Shown here: one piece after another, positions 39,560-49,954 of the stretch
Position numbering within the stretch: position 1 is the first letter of the stretch
Layout: every line of letters begins with the position of its first letter
Assembly: GCF_036365525.1 (NCBI RefSeq)
Contig: NC_090392.1
Location: 61,319,247-61,383,246 of the forward strand
Source of the DNA: Heterodontus francisci
Lineage: Eukaryota
Direction of reading: 5' to 3'
DNA length: 64,000 bases
Made by a program: the position numbers and the translations under genes
The notes under the pieces: generated by a model
Database searches by the model: none
What the model was told of the DNA's origin: nothing
What the model saw: the letters and a program-made list of their open reading frames with translations, nothing else

Positions 39560-40944
39560 ATGCCAGAATAGTTTGTTAATATTTCAATATGAAGTTACAT
39601 ATGGGGCCTGAAGCTCAGCTTATTGATCAAGATTGTCATCCCACCAAGTATCTTGGTCATTGGCTCATATCAATTGTCTGACTACACTTGTAAGGCACCT
39701 TAGGACATTTTAAGACTCTATGCACAGTCATTGTTTGTAAGGCATTTCAAAACACAAAGAATTGTTGATGCAATTATTTGCAAGCATAGGGAACAGCCAG
39801 TACTGCAGGAAGCCAGCTGAATACCCCCTGCCAATTCAATAGAGTCCCCAGAACATTTGCACTCCCTCTCCAAACCTCTCCATCTTAAAACCTACCTCTT
39901 TGATCAAGCTTTTGGTCACTTGTTCCAATATCTTGTATTCAGTGACAAATTTCAATTGCTGTGAAGCACCTTGGAATGTTTTACAATGTCAAAAAGTGCT
40001 ATATAAATGCAAATTGCTGTTGGAAGAAACATTTTGTATCTTTCAAAATTAGGCTACATTTAGTCTATTCTTCATCTAAAGTTCCATATGAAAAATAAAA
40101 CATGTGAATTTTATGAGACTTAACAGAGCTATTTCAAAGATTGCGGCCCAATAATGCAAGTAATATGAGCAAGTGTATTTATTTTACCCAGCCCAATTTT
40201 TGATGCTAAGTCCAAAACACAACCTTTTGCTGTTACAGGCAGGATTTATTTTGAATAAAAATAAGTGCATTTTCAATGCTCATTTTTTTAAATCTCATGG
40301 CACAAGTGATAACAAGGTTGAGGCTGAGTGAAACAATTTACTGGGGGATTTTACAATGACAATCAAACCCCTCTTTATCCCTTACCATAGTCCTATTGCA
40401 CCAAACATTTCAACACATGATTAAAAAAATTAAACCAGTTTCTGGCAAGATGATTCTTAAGCAGCTCAAGATCAGCAACAAAAAAACAAAACTAGAAAGT
40501 CACTCCACATGCAGCAATATAACTATTACTTACAATTTGGAGCATAAATAAGCACTCCCTCCCAGAAAGATATGAAAATTAGAAACTCAAGCAGAAAGGT
40601 ATTGTCAGATTTATTATGCAATATTTAAATTGAAGAATATCACGAAGTTAAAAGCAGCTGTGCTGGTTCATAGGCCAAAGGCTCCAATTAGAACAAAAAG
40701 GAGAGAGTTAGTTAAGGCTTCGTTATAATTGCTCAATTAGCAAAGCCTGTAATAACTAAAATGGCAAAACACTATAAAAAGAAATTTAGACACTGCTTTT
40801 AACTGTTAGATATCACAAAGTAGCTTATTTTCAAGTGCCCAAACTTGGTTGAGAGCAAGAGCAAAAACTTTGTAAACAGACATTTTAAATTTGTTGGAAG
40901 CACTTCCTGGGTGTCAGTCAGTCCGTCCCTTCGCTCTAGCTCTT

Positions 40945-41071
40945 TCACTTGCTTTGGTCACCATTTTCAAGGTGAGTTTTTCTCTTCTTCTCATCTGCTT
41001 TGGTTTCTTTAAATATATGAGTCCTGTAAAACTGGAGCTCTTTGATGCTCTCATGGATGTCATCTAATGCT
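40945..41071 (-). CDS. REXO2: REXO2 oligoribonuclease exon 7 (last)
   Basis: ttttcag acceptor. Encodes [41 protein letters not shown], including the last DEDDh Asp. Confidence 0.96.
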
Positions 41072-41775
41072 CTGAAAAGTAAGATGTGAATTAGGAACTA
41101 GAATTATTCCATGTAATAATTCTATTAAAATCCTGTGAAGTATTGCATTTTAGGTGGGTACTTTTCCCAAAGGCAGAAGGTTATGCTGGGTCACAATTCC
41201 AAAGATATCAACTCCATTGCACAGGTAGCTAATTGTGGACATGTTTATAGACTATAAATTATTGTCGACAATCACTGTCTAGGCTATTCAATTGGAGGAC
41301 ATCACACCCAAGTTTGATGATGTCTTCATCTATTTGAAGCTTGTTAATTTTGTGTTCATGTACTCTATTTCTGCACAGTCCAGGTTAGCTTACGTTCATC
41401 TACATTAACCTTGCCTTTCAACATTTTACACCTCCAATAATGCCACTAGGATATTTCATGTCAACTTCAAAACCCTCCAGAACATGAATGCAAAAATATT
41501 ACCCAACAGAAGCAACTGTATAGGTCATGACAGAAAAATGGATTATCTTGGTTTATTACACATTCAACCATTGGGAATCAGAGGAAGTGCGCGCAGTGGG
41601 CTCTTCCCTTCCCCCCCCCCCCCCACCACCAAGTGGCATTATCAAATCTTCAAGGGAGCCCACTCTTTTTTGCAAGTTATATTTGAACTGGCTAAAAAGG
41701 CAAGGTTTTAACAGACCAGTCTACTCTTTTTTCTATTATTCCTCCAAATAGTTACTGATGGCAGGCATTACTCAC

Positions 41776-41829
41776 CTGTGTGAAGCCTTCTTCTTTGGTG
41801 CATCTTCATATTCATCTGCATACCAGCGT
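41776..41829 (-). CDS. REXO2: REXO2 exon 6
   Basis: 54 bp, cag/gtgag junctions. Encodes RWYADEYEDAPKKKASHR, with the catalytic His. Confidence 0.96.
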
Positions 41830-42904
41830 CTGAAAGCATCAAAAAGCAAATAACGAACATTGCTCCGTAAACCTAGGTGGAGATTTGAATAGGACAGTCG
41901 GAAGTATAAACTTTTGAGTTGATGGATTGGGGGGAAAAAAAAAGTGACTCCTGACAATGCAGCCCAGCGCTGGATGTCATCAGAGCGCTCCCAACTTCAC
42001 ACATGCGCAGAACAGAACCTTGCTGTCAGTATGGTGCTGCGCATGCGCAGCCTACGTCAGCAACCAGCTAGCCAGGATTAATTCTACATGCCGGCGAAAA
42101 CGTCATGTACTGCAACGTCTGCTCACCGCTTCGCCAGTTCTCCTCTCTAGGCTGCTCACTCCCCACTTCACTTGCCTACAGGCCACTCGCTCTCCGCTTC
42201 CTCCCACAATCACTTGGTCGGGGGAGAAAAGAAGGGAGCAAGACAAGCAGGGTAGGGAGACAATGGGGGGGGGGGGGGGGGGGCGGGGGCGGGGTGGGTG
42301 GCCAAACAGAGGAGCAGTAGGAGGGAGCAAGAACGAGACGAAAGAGAAGCGGCAAGCAGATGGGCGCGGGCGTCAGCAGCGAAGAGAAGCACGATGGCAG
42401 GTGGGAATGGGGTACTGTTGGGGGTGGGGTGGAGGAGACGATCGCAGCCACCTGGGCATTTGGGTTTCATTTGTTTGTGATAAATTGAGCGGCACCATCT
42501 TTACTACCGGTAGCTGCCAAAAATATTTCAGTGCATGAGGCTGCATTTCCACATGTGCAAGTACTGCACCACCTAGTGGTTGTGCTGTTAGCAAATGCAG
42601 CCATAAAATTGTACAGCTTGTATGGAAAAGATTACAGTATTGAATAGAACTACAGATCTAATTGCAACATAGAATTATGAGGTCAAATAAAGTATCACTT
42701 TACTCTTAAAACAATCCTTCGTTTGAATTCCATTTTGATGCCACACAAAAAATTGGCAATAAGACCTTCTGCCAGTGGCAAAGTTTTTTTTTAAAATTTA
42801 GATTGGAAAATTGCAAATTCAATGACAGAACAGACTCAAGGGGCTGCATGGTACAGGATCTTGAAATGTGAGTGTATTTCCTGGTGTTAACATAGCTGTC
42901 AGAA

Positions 42905-42986
42905 GGAAATACTCAGTAGGTCTGGCAGCATTTGTGGAGAGAGAAGCAGAGTTTGTGTTTCAGGTCAGTGACCTTTCATCAGAACT
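42905..42986 (-). mobile_element. Penelope pLTR fragment with hammerhead-ribozyme motif
   Basis: Minus strand reads agtt CTGATGA a aggtca-c-tgacct GAAAC aca aactct. Confidence 0.75.
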
Positions 42987-43168
42987 TTATATTAAATGCT
43001 GCATGTGAGAAATACTTGTAATAATCCAGTGGGCTCCAATGACAATTAGCAGCTCAGCAATTGTAAAAAAGTGCAGTACTCCCAAGTTGCTGAGATATTC
43101 TCACATTGTATTTTAACACTGTTGCTGCTAAGTAACATCCAAAATTTTGAATTAAAAGCAATTTTTAC

Positions 43169-43277
43169 CTGCATAATTCTTTAATCGTGCTGACATCAAT
43201 TATTCTGTAATGCAAGTGCTTCATGAACTGTGGCATATACTTATCCAGAAACTTTTTATCAGCGTGGACTGAATTTC
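43169..43277 (-). CDS. REXO2: REXO2 exon 5
   Basis: 109 bp. Encodes [37 protein letters not shown]. Confidence 0.97.
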
Positions 43278-43662
43278 CTTGAAAAATAAACATTTAGAAC
43301 ATAAATTTTCTGCTGCATTACACTTTTTCCCTTTTGAATTTTCTGCTCTCCTCTCCTAAGGGATGCAAATTTATGTTCCATAGGTACCTACACATCTCAT
43401 AATTCATTTGCATGTATCAAATTTTATTACTCTCCAAGAGACCCAACTATTGTGAACAGGCCAATACCTTGCTAGAAAAAGCTATTTCCCCAATACAATG
43501 ATTCTTTTAACCCTTCATATTCTAGAAATATATTTTTGGTTTCTTTGACCACTAAGTGATCCCTTGCTTCTTATGCCTTTAGGAGTGTTACTTGCAACAA
43601 TCATGAAGTTACTTTAAATGGATTTTCATGCAAACCACAATACCTTGGTTAATCTGACATAC

Positions 43663-43774
43663 CTGCAAGTGGACAGAGGCCTGGTGGGGTATGCTGGCGT
43701 ACAAAGGACAGAAACTCATATTCTGCTTGCTGCAGGCTAATTTTACTATCCCGCACTGCCTGTGTGAGGCCTGA
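43663..43774 (-). CDS. REXO2: REXO2 exon 4
   Basis: 112 bp. Encodes [37 protein letters not shown]. Confidence 0.97.
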
Positions 43775-44204
43775 CTGCAAGAAAAAGATAAAATATATAC
43801 ATATACACATTGTTTTGAAGCCAGATGTACATCTTCTTAGCTACAGAGATAACATTTATTCAATTCCCAAAACATTCTTAACTGTGTTGTTGTTCTGCCA
43901 ATACATATAATGAATTCCAAAACACCTTTTGAGTTTATGTCTTCAGAATTAATACTGTTTATTAACTTGACATTCTTTCACATTAACTTTGCCACTCTGT
44001 AAACAATTTTAGTAAGACACTGTTAAATCTCTTCTGACATGCCACAAGGAGTGAATTGCAAATGTAGTTTTCAAGTGAAGTGATGCTCAAGAGCCAGGAT
44101 GTGCAGATTTAATTCAGAAAACTGATTTATTTGAAATTCATACATTCTGTCCTTACTTCAACATAATTATAAATTATGGCCCCATTTATAAAGAAAACTA
44201 CACA

Positions 44205-44936
44205 AACCTGCCTTGCTGTAATACACTCTTCTAGTGATACTGCTGCAGCAAACAGTAGTGACAGTGTAGCATTAACAGCAAAGCCATCAGCCATTATTAC
44301 AGAGTAAATCTGACAGCAACTTCGGGCACCCGCACAGTTAAATGTGGAAATCTAGAAGATGCTGTCAGAGATACGCTGCTCCTCTACAGGGTACACTGTT
44401 GCAGACCTCAGTGATATATACTGAAATAGTCAATGGCATAAACGCAGGGTACTTACCTATTCGTGCTACTAAAGATAGCAGAGAATATTAAGGTTAGTAC
44501 ATTCAGCGTAGAGTTTTTTTTTAAAATTGATTAATTACTGAATAACTTCCCTGGCCATGAAAAAAAATAATTTTACAAGCATAAAGTCTAACTTCCTAAG
44601 AAAGTTAATGTTAGAGTTCATTTTTAAAAACTTTTGCCTCTTATCGCTCCCCTTCTATATTTTCCAATCTTTATTGTGCTTTCTCTACATGATTTAAATC
44701 TAATTTATATTTCCCGCTTTATACTTCTGTGCCTGTGAAGATTCTTCAATTTGATTGGTTAAAAAGAGTTGCTTGCCCCATCCATAAATCCCCTATAAGA
44801 CGGCATTGTGCTGGAACAGATCTATGATTTGAAGTCTCTGCTCTACACACTAAAGTTGGTCAAACCTTTTTGGGCAGCTGTCAGTGTGGTGAATAGCAAG
44901 TGCTGTTCTTTTGTCGCTGACTGCAAAATTCAGGCC
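44205..44936. mobile_element. MITE, GGCC..TTTTGC terminal family
   Basis: Ends in gctgactgcaaaattcaggcc; internal gcaacttc...ttaaatgtggaaatc motif shared with the other two copies. Confidence 0.55.
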
Positions 44937-45498
44937 AATGTAAAAAGTTAATAATGTAAACACAAGAATTAGTGATGGAAAGTTGACTTGAAGTGAACAC
45001 AGATTGATCCTTCTACAACAAATTCCAATGCATCAATTCCACATCCCTGTGCCACCCTCCCCACAAAAACAGCCACCAATCGAATCCCAAAAGTAATTTC
45101 TACCAATGAAGCTAAAATTTGTTTCACAAGTTTTTTTTAAATAAAGTACACTAGAAGACAGAAAATTAAAAACTATTAGCTCCTGATGCTGCAGAAGATA
45201 TTACAGAAAGCAAGAAATCCTCCAAAGTGATGTCAAAAGAATCTATTCAAATTAGGAAAGGAGCTCTGGAAACAAAATGTTTAAAAGATCATTGTGAAAT
45301 GCTTTTGAAAGACAGACACTATTGTTAATATACAGGCAACTACTAAACTAGAGCAATAGGACATGATGTTAATAGGATGTACTGTCCTGAGCAAGTTTGA
45401 TATTAACATTGTTCTTTTGAAGGGAGTGGGCAGGATTACCATTTCACACATAAGCACATCAATTTTTAGCTGTGCTGAAATAGTAAGCAGCACTGTAC

Positions 45499-45576
45499 CT
45501 TCCCATGATGTTCTGTACACCAGTCCGACATGCCATCCAGTAGCTCATTTGGTTGGTTAACAATCAAATGCGGACC
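45499..45576 (-). CDS. REXO2: REXO2 exon 3
   Basis: 78 bp. Encodes [26 protein letters not shown]. Confidence 0.97.
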
Positions 45577-45697
45577 CTGATAACAAAGAAACACCAGTGG
45601 CATTGAGTGTTTATTTTGGAACATAAAACACGGCCAAAAAAAATCATTTAAATCTCTTTCCAGGGATGCACCCTGATGTAAATTTTAAGCATCTTAC

Positions 45698-45781
45698 CGC
45701 GGCTAAAATATTCAGATCTGAATCAGTAATAATGCAAGCCATTTCTATGATTTGATCTTTTTCTATGTCCAAGCCAGTCAT
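45698..45781 (-). CDS. REXO2: REXO2 exon 2
   Basis: 84 bp, gtaag donor. Encodes [28 protein letters not shown]. Confidence 0.97.
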
Positions 45782-46395
45782 CTATTTAAAGGGGGGGAAA
45801 AAAGAGAAAGAGGAGGGAGAAAAGGAAAAATATCAGACCACATAGTAATTTTCAACACATGATTTTACCCCTCCTGGCAATTCCATAAAATAGTAAAAGG
45901 CCTAGTACTGCATGCCATACATTGTTGTTGAATGGTAGCCTCTTGGAAAACCTAAAGCCCATCATGACAGAGCCAGAGAATTATTCTGGTTCTCTGCACC
46001 CAACTCCTCATTTCTATACAAGACACAACATACAGTTTCAAGTGTCTGCATAGATCAGACTAGCAGCATAGAATCTTAAGTCCTTGTCGGTAGAGACAGT
46101 TATGATGACCAGGTGAGGAAGGGTCTCAGGCTCCCCTCTAACCCCTTTCCTGGTTTGGCCGTAACAGTGTTTAACTTTTAAAACAGTTTTTAGCTTTACC
46201 TCTGAATCCTTGCTCACTGCTCTCCAATTGTAAAGGAATCAGACAGGTTTTCTTGGGTTTAAACAAGATGTCGGTTTATTAACCTTAAAACTCTAACTCA
46301 GTTAAAACGACTAAAAATACATGACCCAACCACACTAGCATGCACACACAATAAACACACAAATAGATATAGGGCAGGTTTGAAGTAGATGGAAT

Positions 46396-46614
46396 AAAAA
46401 CAAGAAATGCTGGAACCACTCAGCAGGTCTGGCAGCATCTGTGAAAAGAGGAGAGTTAACGTTTCGGGTCAGTGAGTTCCGATGAAGGGTCACTGACCCG
46501 AAACGTTAACTCTGCTTCTCTTTTCACAGATGCTGCCAGACCTGCTGAGTGGTTCCAGCATTTCTTGTTTTTATTTCAGATTTCCAGCATCCGCAGTATT
46601 TTGCTTTTATATTA
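46396..46614 (+). mobile_element. Fold-back Penelope-derived element with hammerhead motif and 16-bp TSD
   Basis: About 80-bp inverted arms; TSD TTGAAGTAGATGGAAT at 46380-46395 and 46615-46630. Confidence 0.88.
46474..46512 (+). ncRNA. Minimal type-I hammerhead ribozyme motif (core variant CCGAUGA)
   Basis: gagtt CCGATGA a gggtca-c-tgaccc GAAAC GTT aactc: stem I gagtt/aactc, stem II gggtca/tgaccc, palindromic AACGTT in place of stem III. Activity is untested. Confidence 0.6.
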
Positions 46615-48179
46615 TTGAAGTAGATGGAATTCATTTACTGTTTTGGTTTGGATGTAAAGGCCTTGATTGGAGTTAAGTCTTGCAGTTCTCGTTGGGGCCC
46701 AGTGCACACTTTCAAACTTGTCTCACTGGTACCAGAAGGCTGCAGGCATCTTCTGTCTTGAGGCTCAAGTTGCTTCTGTAGGTCCCTGAACTTTACATAT
46801 GAGTGAGTGAGAGAGAGAGAGTGTGTGAGACATCTTTCTCCTCTTTGGTCTTCCAAATTGTAGTCTGTCAAAAACTTTACTGCGATGCACAATTCAATCG
46901 ATCAATCCCTAGGTTGACCAGCAGGTTAGTCATGTAACCCCAGTTCTGTTTGACAGCATCGCCTGCGAGGGTTGTTGATTCTTCAAAGCTTACTAGACAC
47001 ACTCAGTGGGGAGTGGTGTGCTGGCTCTTACACAGACAATGACTCTCAGTCTTTTGATCATCACTACTGACGAAACCCATCTGGCCAATGAATCAGGAAG
47101 CACTCCCATTGTTGCTTTATTCAACGGTCTCAGAATGCAAATGTGCAGCCATGTTTTCAGCCACCGCTCTGTGGTCCAGTAAACATTCAAATAACATTCC
47201 ATATGACAAAATTAATGTTTCCATTTGGCAGGTGTGGTTTCTGTCACACAGTTTAAGTAAATTTTACCCAGAAAACTCCACATTATAAAATTCTTCAGTT
47301 ACTTGTTCCTTCACACCATTCATTAGGATCGTGATCAATTACAAGACTGTGACATTGTCTACACCAGGAAAAACACACATATTGGTGTTTGGAATTCAGA
47401 GGGAAACAAGCTTACAGAACACCCAATGTAACATAAATTGAGTTATCACCACCTGACTGAGATTAATCCCACCAATTTTCATCTCATTTGATGAATTTTA
47501 GTTTCCCAGATACATACACCATTCATTTTCCTACCTAGGGCAGATAGCCTAGAGTCCAAGCACCACCACTTTTGACCCAGAAGCTGAAGGAGTTGACATG
47601 CTCCATTTGCTCCAAGGGGACCAATCTCGACTGAGCAGCTCCTCGACTGATATAAGGAGCTTACAATGGGGGGGGGGGGGGGGAAAATCACATGGAAAAG
47701 TTGCATCACCTATCTCTGGCACATTACATGTATGCACAAACAGTACCACCCGCCATAAAACCTGTCCTAACTTTAATGCCTCTTCATATTTTTCAGATTA
47801 CGATTTCATCGCTGGAGATAAAAACATTTTTCACACGATACACCAAGATAGGACCTTTCTATAAGTGACCTAAAAAAAGTGAATACATTCAGGCATTTTA
47901 AGTGGGGTTAAAATAAAAAAGATAATAGACAAGTGGCATAATTATAAAAAGGAAAAAAATAAGATATGAATCGTGACTGGGGCGCATTAAGCCACAGAAA
48001 GATTCACACGTTGGTAGAAAGCCGCGTTTATAAAACAAAAGCTCCAATAAATTCTGCTTCAAGCAAACGATGCAAAAGGTTTTCCAGCTCCCTGGGGATG
48101 CAGTAATTTACTATTTAAAGAGTTGTAGCGCACTGCAGGAGGAAGAAGAGGGGCCACGCCAGGGGAAAGAGGTCGTTAC

Positions 48180-48419
48180 CTCCAGATCCACCCAGATCAT
48201 CCTCTTGGCCATGCTCTGTGCTGTCATGGTGGTGAGACGCCGGGGTCGGAGCGGAAAGACCGGGCCGAAGCGGGACATCAGCTGCTGACTGCGGCTGGGC
48301 CCGGGACAGGCTGAGTGCAAGCAGCCTGCACGATAAGAGACGCTCCGAGGCCGACAGCAAACAGCAGAGCAACATCCGGATGCCAGAGCTTTAAGGCCGG
48401 CGCTGTGAACACGCAGCAT
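48180..48419 (-). CDS. REXO2: REXO2 exon 1 with putative mitochondrial presequence
   Basis: ATG at 48419; MLRVHSAG...TTMTAQSMAKRMIWVDLE, gtaacg donor. WVDLE holds the first two DEDDh residues. The start codon choice is less certain than the 3' part. Confidence 0.9.
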
Positions 48420-48527
48420 TGCCCGCCGCCGGCCCTGCCAATCCGCCCTGCGGCACCCTAGCAACAGGCCCCGCCCACGCACACACTGTCGCACAGAACG
48501 TCGCAAAACAACAGATTGGTTGACCAA
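48420..48527 (-). promoter_or_regulatory. REXO2 proximal promoter (CpG-rich, GC boxes, CCAAT boxes)
   Basis: CCAAT motifs near 48438 and 48515, CCGCCC boxes, and high CpG density continuous with exon 1. Confidence 0.7.
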
Positions 48528-49344
48528 ATTAAAAGCAAAATACCGCAGATGCTGGAAATCTGAAATAAAAACAAGAAAGTGCTGGAAGCACTCAACAGGT
48601 CTGGTAGCATCTGTGGAGAGAGAAGCAGAGTTAACATTTCAGGTCAGTGACCATCAGAACTGGCAAATATTGGAAATGTAAAAGGTTTTAAGCAAATAAC
48701 GTGGGGGTGGGGCAAAAGATAACCAAGGAGAAGGTATTGATGGGACAAGGTCACAGAAAATAACTGACCAGAAGGTCATGGAGCAAAGGCAAATGGTATG
48801 TTAATGGTGTGCTGAAAGACAAAGTGTTAGTGCAGAGAGGGTGTTAATGGACAGAAAAATCAACAGCCCTGGCCCAAAGCACAAACATAAAAAAACAGTG
48901 AGTAGGCACAGTAGTAAAAAACTAAAATAAAATAAACAAATAAAAAATAACTAAAAAAAAAGGAGGCTCATCATGCTCTGAAATTATTGAACTCAATGTT
49001 CAGTCCGGCAGGTAGTAGCGTGCCTTCTCGGTAAATGTGATGCTGTTCCTCAAGTTTGCATTGATGTACTCTGGAACACTGCAGCAATCCCAGGACAGAT
49101 ATGTGGGCATGAGAGCAAGGGGGTGTGTTGAAATGGCCAGCAACCTAAAGCTCAGGGTCATGCTTTCGGACTGAGCGCTGGTGTTCCACAAAGTGGTCAC
49201 CCGATCTGCGTTTGGTCTCCCCAATGTAGAGGAGACCAATTTGTGAGCAGCGAATACAGTATACTACATTGAAAGAAGTACAAGTAAATCGCTGCTTTGC
49301 CTGAAAAGAGTGTTTGGGGCCTTGGATAGTGAGGAGAGAGGAGT
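48528..49344 (-). mobile_element. 5'-truncated Penelope-like element (GIY-YIG endonuclease plus 3' pLTR)
   Basis: ORF 49145-49390 reads FTCTSFNVVYCIRCSQIGLLYIGETKRR..DHFVEH (GIY-YIG). Its 3' end matches the arms of the 46396 element. Confidence 0.9.
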
Positions 49345-49579
49345 GATTGGCGGACCAGTTGGGGCTGAGATGCTGCAGAGTTTCTTTCATTATGTAAGTT
49401 CAAAGTGAAGGAATATTTCTCATCAGTCGTCAAACACTTTTGTAAAATGCTGTATTTTTTTATGTTTGCAATTAATGGCCATCTACTTAATAAACTATAC
49501 TTAGCCTATCAGCTCTAGCAGTTTTCTGTGCCCATCTGTTGCAGATCTTGGGCCTGTGATTGAAGCAGATGCTGGTTCC

Positions 49580-49935
49580 CCTCTGAGGACTGAGGGGGTG
49601 CTGCACTGTTGGAGGTGCTGTCTGTCAGATGATGTTAAACTGACATCACGTCTTCCCTTTCAGGAGGATGTAATAGATCCCATGACACTATTTTGAAGAA
49701 GAGCAGTGGAGTTATCCTCAGTGGCCTGGTCAATATTTATCCCTCAATCAACACCATAAAAACAGATTATCTGGACGTTATCACATTGCTGTTTGTGGGG
49801 CCTTGCTGTGCACATATTGGCTGCTGTGTTTCCCATTTTTCAACATTGACTCCACTTCACAAGTACTTCATTGGCTGTAAAGTACTTTGCAACGTCTGAT
49901 GGTCATGAAATGCAATATATAAATGCACGTCTTGC
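49580..49935 (+). mobile_element. Deu-domain SINE
   Basis: ctgagggggtgctgcactgttggaggtgc...acagattatctgg...cacattgctgtttgtggg...ttcattggctgtaaag and an L2-like tail. Confidence 0.8.
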
Positions 49936-49954
49936 CTTCTATACCTTACCCAAC

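Larger units (their letters stand above)
46103..47248 (-). mobile_element. Solo LTR in REXO2 intron 1, carrying a nested Penelope-derived insert
   Basis: TGATGAC...GTCACA termini, flanks cagtta/cagttt, minus-strand AATAAA near 46275. Confidence 0.65.

Noticed and set aside
41957-42538. 193-aa ORF on the + strand, the longest in the track
   Set aside because: Low-complexity product of G-run and purine-rich intronic sequence, antisense to REXO2, with no recognisable domain.
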